Shown here piece after piece: positions 52,621 to 64,000 of a stretch of 64,000 nt of DNA (positions within the stretch are counted from its first letter, which is position 1; the number at the start of each line of letters is the position of its first letter). The DNA is from Eledone cirrhosa. Its lineage: Eukaryota. The notes beneath the pieces were generated by a model. It made no database searches and was not told the DNA's origin. It saw only the letters and a list, made by a program, of their open reading frames with translations. The DNA lies in NCBI GenBank assembly GCA_964016885.1, contig OZ024743.1, positions 319,114,001 to 319,178,000 of the forward strand. Direction: 5' to 3'. Position numbers and translations under genes: made by a program.

Positions 52621-53699
52621 TCAAGGAATAGAAAGAGTGATGGAAAGTTTGTCTCCTTGGTCCGGTTTGACGAGTTCCTCCTCACTTGGTTAGCCAATGG
52701 GGTCTGGGAATTTGTCGATCGTAATTAAAATTAAAAAATGCAATATCCAAACCCAAACTTTCTTTTATAAGTTTAATTAATTTAGTTTAATTTTATGGAG
52801 TTCTTGTTAAATACCTTGTGAAACAGAGAAATACGTGCTTATCAGTGACAGAAAATGCCTTGAACCCCCTTTAGATATATTTAAATTACATGGATGATGT
52901 TATATAATATTATCTTCTTATTTCTATATTTGATGTTGTTTTATATAGTTTCATAGATGCACTTTAGTTTATCTTAAATTCACTTCGTGCTAAGATTATA
53001 TAGTATTGGGAGAAAACGTGCATAATTCCGAAGGTGTTATTCTGGACGTGAGCGAAAGACATGCAATGAAAGAGCTATTTCAACTCACGAGTAACTTCAA
53101 AAATACTTGCTAGACTTATACAGCACATCCTCTGAGACATTTCAAATGTATACAGAAGCATTCCTCTCTAACACTCCCACATCAGCCTTCAACTAAAGGA
53201 GAGCGACATCCATAAATTTGTTGACCCACCAACAAGATATTTATTGTATACCAAAAAAACAGAACATAAACATTGAAGCCCTGGCCATACATAAAGGCGA
53301 CACAAAAGAGATGTACTTAACCTCCTTGTGTATGTGTGGTGAATGTGTGACAAAGGGAGTCTCTCTCTCCCTCCCTACATATATATATATATATATTCGG
53401 GCTTCAAATACCACAAACTTACATATTGCGCAAGTAGGTTTGTTGATATTGGCTCCATAGAAACCAATCGTGAATATTATATAATACCCCTCGATACGGT
53501 CCAGGTTTGTTATTTAACCTGATTGTATTTTCGTTGTTGTGGTCGCTTCTGTGGCTATGCCCCCTAACCACGGTTTTCAATTTGTCACGCTTTTTAATGT
53601 ATGTTAAGGTGTTACCTATCGATTTATCTATACTTTCTTACTCAGTGCTTCGTGCAAATCCGATTTGTTACTTCATGGATATAGGACGACTGACATAAC

Positions 53700-53935
53700 T
53701 TACTAACTTGTACTTGTACTTGTGTCGACATTCACCCTGGACGGGTTGTCCCGGCTTCTTCCCTTGTCCTGACGGCATCCCGAACCATGGGAGCCCACGC
53801 ACGACGGTCCCGGGCTAGGTCACTGGAGATAGAAAGCAAGTCACGGTTCCATCAGCGCAGGCCAACCACCTGCGGACCTGAGAGTTCGAAGAGGTCCTCC
53901 TTGATCGTCGTTGCCCAGGTCTTCAGCTGCCCGCA
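53700..53935 (-). mobile_element. RTE LINE 3' end with (CAAGTA)n tail
   Basis: GQLKTWATTIKEDL..LARDRRAWAPMVRD. Confidence 0.75.
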
Positions 53936-54011
53936 ATGAGACTGACAGAACTTCGATTTTACTAACCTTCCACTCTTAAATATATATATATATATACATA
54001 CACAGACACAT

Positions 54012-54044
<33 letters not shown>

Positions 54045-54258
54045 AACGGAAAAAATGAAACGAAGTTTCATTTCTCACTCTTAGTACGGCTGTTACTTAA
54101 ATATAAGTATGTATACGTACATACACATATGTATACAGACGTACAGTAGTATGTATATATATATACATACATGCACACAGAAACATGTACGTATGGATTT
54201 ACCGAACATTTATTATAATGCTCGGTGTGTTTGTAAACAAACATCCCGAATTAAGCCG

Positions 54259-54343
54259 TACAGTGTTTAGCAACCATCGTTGCCCTTTTGTTCAACACTG
54301 ACAGTGTTGAACAAAAGGGCAACGATGGTTGCTAAACACTGTA
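54259..54343. repeat. Perfect 42-bp-arm palindrome, 1-nt centre
   Basis: Arms 54259-54300 and 54302-54343. Confidence 0.95.
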
Positions 54344-54362
54344 TATATATATATATATTGTA

Positions 54363-54433
<71 letters not shown>

Positions 54434-54440
<7 letters not shown>

Positions 54441-54765
54441 GATCAAAAGATGGTTAAAGGAGTTCCATGTATTTTATTATGCGCATTTCAAAAACAAACA
54501 TCATCATGCAATAATATTTGTGTTTTCATCAGATAAAACAGGAGAACATGATATGAAGGCTAAAAACACTTGTGGATAGTGCAGTTTTAAATCAACATAT
54601 ATGTTGATTTAAAACTGCACTATCCACAAGTGTTTTTAGCCTTCATATCATGTTCTCCTGTTTTATCTGATGAAAACACAAATATTATTGCATGATGATG
54701 TTTGTTTTTGAAATGCGCATAATAAAATACATGGAACTCCTTTAACCATCTTTTGATCTTATATT
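54434..54765. repeat. 332-bp spacerless palindrome (PLE pLTR fold-back)
   Basis: Arms 54434-54599 and 54600-54765, no mismatch seen; flanked by (TA)n. Confidence 0.95.
54661..54727 (+). ncRNA. Type I minimal hammerhead ribozyme motif (mirror copy on minus strand 54472-54538)
   Basis: Stem I ttttat/ataaaa, CTGATGA 54667-54673, stem II 54674-54709, GAAA 54710-54713, palindromic stem III ATGCGCAT, AUA triplet with predicted cut after 54721. Confidence 0.75.
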
Positions 54766-54850
54766 ATGTATACTCCAGTCCTACAAACTGTAGAGTGCTT
54801 CTTATCCGATATCTGCATTGCTTTATTGTACTACAATAAAACTCACCTCC

Positions 54851-54911
<61 letters not shown>

Positions 54912-54969
54912 ATGTGTACTTATATACATATGTATATACATGTATGCATACATACCTACACGAAAGCAC

Positions 54970-55255
54970 TCCGTCGGTTAAGACGATAAGTGATCCGGTT
55001 GATCCCATGATCAGCCAGCTCGTGTAATTGCTAGTGGCTGAGCATACTACAGATACACGTACCCTCTATTCAGGGAGATTCAGTCTGACACAGTGTGTGA
55101 TAAGACTGGTCCTTCGAACTACAGGTACAACGCATTTTTGCCAGCTGAGTGGACTGGAGTAATGTGAAAGGACACAACGCGCCGCTGGGAATCGAACTCA
55201 CGACCGTACGATTGTGAGCTGAATACCCTAACCACAAAGCCACGCACCTTCACTA
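54970..55255 (-). mobile_element. SINE family B
   Basis: Minus strand tggctttgtggttaggg..gagttcgattccc..ctccagtccactcagctggcaaaaatg. Confidence 0.8.
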
Positions 55256-55838
55256 CGTACGTGCATACCTACAAACATACATACATAATACATACATAAT
55301 ACATACATATATACATGTATGTATTTATACATAGATACATACCTAGCTACCTACCTACATCCATCAGAACATACATACATACATACATACATACATACAT
55401 ACATACATACATACATACATACATACATACATACATACATACATACATACATACATACATACAACATTCATGCTGTTTTTCGTTACACTAAGGTTTGAAT
55501 TCAAACATGAAATTAAAACATGAAATTGTAACAGACCCGTATTGTTCAATTTGAAATTGTTTAAACATAACTGAACAAAATAACCAAAGAAAATGTAGGT
55601 AACGTTGTTGAAAATCATGTAAGGGTATGTGGAAAACAAGAGACAAGCTTAAAACTAGCCATGTTTTCCTTATCATAGTAAATTGAATTATATATTTATA
55701 TATGTTTCTCTTCCAACGTTTCGGAATTTCCCTTCTAGTTTTGAGCCCAGGAGGAGAAATAGTTGTTAGAATCACGCAGAAAAACGTTACATGCCGTTCA
55801 TGTTGTAATAGGTTATGGTATATATATATATACATATA

Positions 55839-55909
55839 CAGGGTGTCCCCCAAAAATGTGTACACACTTCAACATCATTCTAATCAAAGTATGTATACCT
55901 TTTTTGGGA

Positions 55910-55914
<5 letters not shown>
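55839..55914. mobile_element. Tiny Tc1/mariner-type MITE
   Basis: TA|cagggtgtcccccaaaaatgtgtacacactt ... aagtatgtatacctttttgggacac|ta. Confidence 0.6.
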
Positions 55915-55947
<33 letters not shown>

Positions 55948-55976
55948 CTGTATATATATATATATATATATATATA

Positions 55977-56164
55977 GCGAGGGAAAAGTGGTAAGGAACC
56001 AGGTGGACCATAACGCACCAAAGTACTCAATACTTAGGGTAGTAGAGTGGGTAATAAGAGTAAGACTCCGACGGCTAAGCTCAAGCCGTTTCGACGGCTA
56101 ATTCTGTACAGAATTAGCCGTCGAAACGGCTTGAGCTCAGCCGTCGGGGTCTTACTTACTCTTA
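55977..56164 (-). mobile_element. Short PLE-like element with terminal fold-back hairpin, copy 3
   Basis: Homologous to 28843-29043; hairpin 56054-56164; in (TA)n. Confidence 0.7.
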
Positions 56165-56195
56165 TATATATATATATATATATATATTACTTACT

Positions 56196-56278
<83 letters not shown>

Positions 56279-56414
56279 ATATATATATGTATATATATGT
56301 ATATATATGTATGTCTGTATATATATATATATATGTATATATATGTATGTATATATATGTATATATATATATATATTATATATATATTTATATATATGTA
56401 TATATATATATATA

Positions 56415-56452
<38 letters not shown>

Positions 56453-56530
56453 TATATTCATATGTATATATACATACATATATATACATATGTATACATG
56501 CATACATACATACATACATATATATATATA

Positions 56531-56598
<68 letters not shown>

Positions 56599-56799
56599 AA
56601 GAATGACAGGGAAAAGGGGAAACAGAGAGAGAAAGAGGCGTGACAAGCTGTCGTGAATTTATATTTATGCATGTGTATGTGAGTGCATGTGCATGTGTGT
56701 ACGTGTGGAAGTGTGTACGATAGTGCGTGTATGTCCGTGTGTACTTCTGTATATATCTGTATTTGCATGTGTATACATTTTTCTGTATGGTATGGCGTA

Positions 56800-57125
56800 G
56801 TGAAGGTGCGAATCTTACTGGTTAGGATGTTCGGCTAGCAATCCCAAATCATAAGTTCAATTCCTGAACCAGGCGGTGATTTGTGGCCTTGAACAAGACG
56901 CTTATTTCACATTGCTTCAATCCACTCAGCTGGCAAAAATGAGTTGTACGTTTATTTGAAATAGCTAGTGTTTTAACACACTACACCATGTCACGCTGAA
57001 ACTCCCCGAGAGCTACGTTAATGCTACACTTGTCTGTGGAGTCTCAAGTTATCTGCATGTTAATTTCATGAGCATGCTGTTCTTGTGGTTAAACTAAAAC
57101 ATTTATCGTCGGAAGCGACGTAGAT
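56800..57125 (+). mobile_element. SINE family B
   Basis: gtgaaggtgcg..ggttaggatgttcggc..agttcaattcc..ccttgaacaagac..tccactcagctggcaaaaatgagt. Confidence 0.8.
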
Positions 57126-57196
57126 CCAACAAACGCGCACAAAACAGACATATACATATAAATCTGTTTGTATGTATGTGTAGTAAAGTACAATAC

Positions 57197-57272
<76 letters not shown>

Positions 57273-57399
57273 ATGGTGGTGGTAGTGGTAGTAGTAGTAG
57301 TAGTAGTAGTAGTAACTTTTAAGAGGGTATCAGAGAACTCTTTCTTTTACCTTGGAATTTGTTTCCTTACAACTTTCCTAAAAATGCATATTTTAATAA

Positions 57400-57775
57400 A
57401 AATTTACATATGGAAGATCCTGGAAGGGTTAGCACCAAACTTCGGCATTGAAGGCAGGACCAGTCCACGGAAAGGACGCCATTGTGTAGTACCAAAGGTC
57501 CCATCCATCGCATCAAGAATAAGGACCACATGCTGTAATAGCCCGGGGTTCAGGAAACCCCACCTTTTTAATAAGCTGCCAAAAAATCTGATACATCTAC
57601 ATGGTGTGTATGTAGATGTCTTCAAGAGACATCTTGACATTATTCTGACCAAGACCCCGGATGAACTCACAGCACGAGACGAAGCGCAAATAAGAGCAGA
57701 AGCACCAAACACCCTTTTGCATCAATGGTCAACCAGAGAAGGCTGGCTATAGAAGGTGTAGCATCAATGGTGTAA
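57400..57775 (+). mobile_element. CR1/L2-group LINE ORF2 C-terminal fragment
   Basis: IYIWKILEGLAPN..GRHC..PHLFNKLPKNL..FKRHLDIILTKTPDE. Confidence 0.7.
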
Positions 57776-57821
57776 TAGAGTAATAGAGTAATCCATACAC
57801 ACACACACATATATATATATA

Positions 57822-57903
57822 CATGGGAAAATGTTTAACCCCGACGGCAGAGCTCAAGCCGTTTCGACGGCTATTTCAGTCCAGAAATAGCCGTCGAAAC
57901 GGC
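57822..57903 (-). mobile_element. Short PLE-like fold-back element, copy 4 (minimal)
   Basis: ccccgacggcagagctcaagccgtttcgacggctatttcagtccagaaatagccgtcgaaacggc. Confidence 0.6.
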
Positions 57904-58077
57904 ACACACACACACACACTCACAGATATATATATATATATATGTTCCGAAGAGATTGTTTTGGTGAAAACAGGAGCAAGCATCAGCATCTATATTAATG
58001 TTGTTGTTCTTTGAGTCTCAGTCATTGATGTTATTTAACTTGAAAGTTTGTTGAAATGAATATCAAGCCGCTACCTG

Positions 58078-58147
<70 letters not shown>

Positions 58148-58240
58148 CAAAAGGAATATTCAATTTGTTCGTAATTCAACAAATATAAATGTTTATAACT
58201 GATTCAGAGCACTCGACAGCTTTATCTGGAATATAATATT

Positions 58241-59802
58241 CAATGATATTAAGTAAATGGAAACTATATTTATAAAACCATATTTATTCTATTATATATA
58301 TTTTAAACTTTGGTACGCTTTCATCAGAAAAAATACAAAGTTTGTTTTATACATTTTGACATAACAAAGAAAAGATACCTTAACGGTTCAAGTTTTTCTT
58401 GGAAAGTGAAGGAAAAAAGAAGAAAAGTCAGATATTTCAAATTATTAAGATGCGTATGCAAATGAGGTTGAGGTATAGGGCTGAAAAAACGTTATTTTAG
58501 ACGCTATGCAGAATTTAAAAGGAATTAACAATTTGCGGAAATGGTGGAATATGATTCCAGAATTTAAATTTATTTAGCTATATTATGAGTTATAATATTG
58601 TATATATAATCAATTAGATTATATGAAGAATTATGGTTGTAAGTAGATTTTATCTTATTACATTACAATAGGTTGTAAGTATATACATATCTATATAGAT
58701 TAGTAATTGTGCATGCATAAGTATTATAGAAATAGGAATCATTTACAATTATTAGTTGTTAACATTTCTCATATGAGTTACGAAGAGTGTTGATTTTGCA
58801 TTTTACATAAAAAAAAACCACGTAGTTCAAGTTGTAAGAGGAGAACAATTTGTAGATTCAAATATTTTGTTCCAACATTGAAAATGTTTTCAGAATATTG
58901 TTAATTTAGCGAAGTTATATAGTTTATCATATATATTATATTATAATATAATGTTTATGTTTGCACGATTGAAAAGGGAAAGATAACTCCAATCTTGTTT
59001 GTAAACCGTTAAATTTGATGAATGATTTACTCAGAAAATATAGAGAGAAAATTATATATTATTTTGTGTGAGATTAATTTCAATTATATATTATTTTAGT
59101 CGAAAGATGTGTGAAGATCAAAAGTAATGTGCATTTCGAAGAACTATCGTAAAGAGAATAAACTTTCAGAATGTCAATTAAAGATTATCAATCTACATCT
59201 AAAAAAAACAACTCATATTAGAAATGTTAACTAATAATTGTAAAAAAATATTTCTATTTCTATAATACTTATACATGCACAATTACTAATCTATATAGAT
59301 ATTTATATACTTACAACCTATTGTAATGTAATAAGATAAAATCTACTTACAACCATAATTCTTCATATAATCTAATTGATTATATATACAATATTATAAC
59401 TCATAATATAGCTAAATAAATTTAAATTCTGGAATCATATTCCACCATTCCCGCAAATTGTTAATTCCTTTTAAATTAACGTAAATACAAGATCTTCTTT
59501 TCTTTTCTCTTCTTCTTCCTACTCATACATACATATATCCTAATTATTTAAATTCTGCATAGCGTCTAAAATAACGTTTTTTCAGCCCTATACTTCAACC
59601 TCATTTGCATACTCATCTTAATAATTTGAAATATCTGACTTTTCTTCTTTTTTCCTTCACTTTCCAAGAAAAACTTGAACCGTTAAGGTATCTTTTCTTT
59701 GTTATGTCAAAATGTATAAAACAAACTTTGTTTTGGTACCCTTGAAATATATATAATAGAATAAATATGGTTTTATAAATATAGTTTCCATTTATTTAAT
59801 AT

Positions 59803-59807
<5 letters not shown>
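58241..59807. mobile_element. AT-rich foldback element with ~540-600-bp inverted arms
   Basis: 58241-58779 is the near reverse complement of 59209-59807; flanked by (TA)n. Confidence 0.75.
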
Positions 59808-59885
<78 letters not shown>

Positions 59886-59921
59886 TATCTAGTCTTTAAT
59901 GCGAAGAAATACCAATTATAT

Positions 59922-59985
<64 letters not shown>

Positions 59986-59988
<3 letters not shown>

Positions 59989-60600
59989 TATCTAGTCTTT
60001 AATGCGAAGAAATACCAATGATAATCAGCAGGCTACTGATGAAGGACATTCTTGTTTGTCGGTCTATTTTTATTCATATGTTCATATTCGCAACAACGCA
60101 GCACGCCATTTTCCCCTTCGCTGTGGTTCGTATTTTTTCTGTCACCTTACTGCTATCCTTTTTCTCTCTCCCCCTTCTCTCTCCTTCCCCTCTTGCTTTT
60201 CTCCACTCCCGCTGCTGGTCACTCATTCTCGGCTGACCCCTTCCTCACACTTTCACTCATTCACTCTCTGCTATTCCCCCTCTCTCACTTCCTCTCGTCT
60301 GACCTGCGTGAATTTCTTTCCTCTCTCACTTTTCTCGTGGCTCGGACGCGTTTGTCTCTTCTCGTCATTTGATTTGTCGGACAAGATTCATTGACTTGTC
60401 TCTCTCTTGCTCTCTTTACGTTGCATTACTACCATGTTGTTTGTTTCCTTTCCTCTGTTTTCCTCTGTCCCGATAACTTAATTTAGTTATCGCTCGCACC
60501 GATTTTAGGTATCTAGTCTTTAATGCGAAGAAATACCAATGATAATCAGCAGACTACTGATGACGGACATTCTTGTTTCTTGGTCTATTTTTATTCATAT
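59986..60600 (+). mobile_element. Non-coding ~522-bp unit with ~93-bp terminal direct repeat containing CTGATGA (retrozyme/pLTR-like)
   Basis: aggtatctagtctttaatgcgaagaaataccaat at 59882, 59986 and 60508; pyrimidine-rich body; homologous to 17335-17890. Confidence 0.65.
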
Positions 60601-60711
60601 ATATATAAGAGTTTGAATTATTTTCCCACATCTTACGTTAATTATTTTCCATTTTGACGTTATAGTCACTTATATATTATGAAATACTGTTGGCTCCAAT
60701 AATTTCTATAC

Positions 60712-60816
<105 letters not shown>

Positions 60817-61158
60817 TATATATACATATATATATATATAGTGTAAGTGCTTCATTGAATTACTGGTGTTGATGCCAACTCAAGCATCCTATGCACAGGC
60901 AGAATGTATATAATAGAAAACAAAACGAGGAAGTTTCGTTTACATATAAAATACATTTATTGTGTATCCACCTAGTACGCACGTTTCGTAGAGGATTGGC
61001 TCAAGGTCACCTATCGGAGTTATGGACCCGACTCCACTAACGATCTGCTCCTCAGACTGGCGAAGTGACGCGCGTAACAGGTCGATACACAATAAATATC
61101 TTTTATATGTAAACGAAACTTACTCGTTTTTTCTAATATATATACATACATACATACA

Positions 61159-61203
<45 letters not shown>

Positions 61204-61253
61204 CTAAGATGCTTCCATAGGCGGTATGCCGGTTGAGCACTTATATATATATA

Positions 61254-61299
<46 letters not shown>

Positions 61300-61304
<5 letters not shown>

Positions 61305-62330
61305 TAGGGAAATTAGCTAACCAGTGTAGAAAGGCCCTGAGAAAGACCCACTTAAAAATTAAGGTGGTAGAAAAGCCAGGAACCACCATAAAATCCCTGA
61401 TCAGTAAAACCTACCCTTTTAAGAAAACCCACTGTACCAATAGGAAGTGTATCATATGTAAGGTAAACCCCCGGATAAACTGTAAAACTAGAAACGTAGT
61501 CTATAGCATAAGATGTACAGAGGGTACTTGCAGAAACATGACAACAACATACATAGGTGAGACAGCTCGTAGCATAGGTGAAAGGATAAACCAACACTGG
61601 GGGGAACTAAAAGGACGAAAAAACGGGTCGGTACTATACGAACATGCTAGACAACAACATGACGGTAACATAGACAACATAGAAATTAGAATAATATCTA
61701 AACATAGAAATGACCCAGCAGATAGGCAAATCAGAGAGGCCAGTGAAATAGAAATTAGAAGGCCAAGACTAAACAGAAAGAATGAATGGAATAACAACAA
61801 CACCCAAACAAACAACACTGACCTAAGAGAAGTATAAATAAGTAAATAAAATAAATAAATAAATAAATAAATAAATACACAAGCACAATAACAACAAGCA
61901 CATAAACACACACTAGTCAACCATCACACAGCAAACAAAACACTATACACACACGAAAACGCATGCGCAAAGAAGACAAAATAAAATAAACAAACAAGCA
62001 AATAAATAAATAAATATATAGACAGACTGAATAAAAATGGCGTAGACATATAATACAACAGGAGGAAACGATAACACCACTGACGATGTTGCAGATGTGC
62101 AACGAAAGATTTATGATAAACTATATATATGTGTTTGTGTCTATATTGTATTTGTATTATTTTTGACCGTCGGTCAGTCAATGGCAACATTGAGGACCGA
62201 ATAAATTAGATTACCGATATAACAGACACAGAAGCGAGAAGCGAAAACCAACCAAACAGTGAGTGTGTTCTGTTATTAATTCTGGGAATATTACACAAAT
62301 ATGACCCTCCCCAAGTATAACAATATTTGT
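61300..62330 (+). mobile_element. Penelope-like element 3' fragment (GIY-YIG endonuclease and 3' region)
   Basis: CTNRKCIIC..CKTRNVVYSIRC..YIGETARSIGERINQH..LYEH..H..RQIREASEI..PRLNRK; ORF ends 61837; inserted in (TA)n. Confidence 0.9.
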
Positions 62331-62440
62331 TTCGACACACGATTTCATATAAAAAACCTCGCAAAACTAATTCATCGCCGTTATATATATATATATTCAA
62401 TATGTACATATATATATTAAAATATACATATGCGTGTGTC

Positions 62441-62471
<31 letters not shown>

Positions 62472-62476
62472 ACACG

Positions 62477-62508
<32 letters not shown>

Positions 62509-62755
62509 ATGAGAGAGTGAAAGAGAGGGGTAAAGAGAAGCAGTGTGAAATACATATATGTATATACATGAAAGCACACATAAACACACACAACTAAGCA
62601 TAGAAATATAACTATTCCTGAAGCCATTTGCTATTTACTCTTTTGCCTTATAATCTTATACACTTTTATATTAGTCCCTTTGGGTTTTTTGTTTCAAAAG
62701 ATTCCCCAAAGGCAGAGTCAATCGCTTGTCTATGTTATATATATGCACGTATATG

Positions 62756-62786
<31 letters not shown>

Positions 62787-62835
62787 GGATATGCATACAC
62801 ACACATATATATATATATAAATATACATATATATG

Positions 62836-63015
<180 letters not shown>

Positions 63016-63119
63016 GTTCTCTGATGTCACTGTGATAAACAGGCGAAACTCCAGAGTAACGAGACTCACTATTTAGCTTTAATAAAATGTATATATATAT
63101 ATTTTATATATATAAAATG

Positions 63120-63160
<41 letters not shown>

Positions 63161-63741
63161 AAGACTACCACACTTCTTTCTACTTTCTACCATTCCGCTC
63201 AAGTAAGTGGGCAATCTATGTACGAGTATGTGTGTCGCAGTTCTCTTTTTCTTCTTATGTCCTATGCAAGTTAGTTCAGCCTGGAGTCTCAAAAAGCACC
63301 AGTTGACATGTGTCACGATGTGTAAGTAATACAACGTAGTTTGCTGATACACAGAAGCTGTGTACTGGCAAAAAAGAGTAAGAGAAGCCTATATAACATT
63401 ACTGCTCTCGCTTTGCTTTAACATTCTACTTGTAGAAGCTTGTGGTGTGGGCCAAATAGAGAGAATAGATGGCTACTAAAGCAGACGACACTTAGTGAAG
63501 GCATTATTACATTAATCAGTTAGATACAGCGTATGTAAGTAAGTACGTACACACAAAACGTACGCTTGATCACATGCTCAAACTTATGCAGCCATGCATA
63601 CATATATATATATACCACACGCATCTACACACATGCGCCCACACACGAATATACACATATATACACCCATATGTTGTTTACATATACATATATATATATA
63701 TATATACACGCACATACACGCATACATATAAATATACACTT

Positions 63742-63837
<96 letters not shown>

Positions 63838-63959
63838 CTCTGATGAGCGAAATTTATTTATTTCTCGCAACATCGAGGGCTTAGGGGCTGCCTCAAATAA
63901 TTCGACTGGTATCTTACCTATGGCAGCTTCAACTCCAGTGTGATACTTAATATAATATA

Positions 63960-64000
63960 ACATAATTGTTTCTACTTTTGGCACAAGACCAGCAATTACC
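63960..64000 (-). mobile_element. SINE family A tail, cut by window edge
   Basis: aattgtttctacttttggcacaagaccagcaattacc. Confidence 0.8.

Overview
Repeat-dense eukaryotic DNA, most likely an octopod cephalopod (inferred from SINE types, microsatellite load and TE spectrum). No host gene is recognisable. It holds two near-identical full-length ~6.1 kb Tx1-clade (L1 group) LINEs in convergent orientation (7270-13350 +, both ORFs intact; 40007-46061 -, one ORF1 frameshift) and five decayed Tx1 pieces. It also holds many tRNA-derived SINEs of two families, two Penelope-like (PLE) coding fragments with many pLTR/hammerhead remnants, RTE, CRE, R4/Dong and CR1-like fragments, Helitrons, a Tc1/mariner relic, foldbacks and mini/microsatellites. 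Most notable: (1) a Tx1 LINE and the dominant SINE share a 3' terminus and a (TTA)n target and form head-to-tail chains; (2) a candidate 53-nt intron would fuse Tx1 ORF1 to ORF2 in frame; (3) PLE-derived palindromes fold back at or around hammerhead ribozyme motifs, including a 332-bp perfect palindrome with a complete minimal hammerhead on each strand; (4) a ~515-bp retrozyme-like unit occurs in two different circular permutations. All calls were made by eye without database searches; boundaries of decayed elements are approximate.
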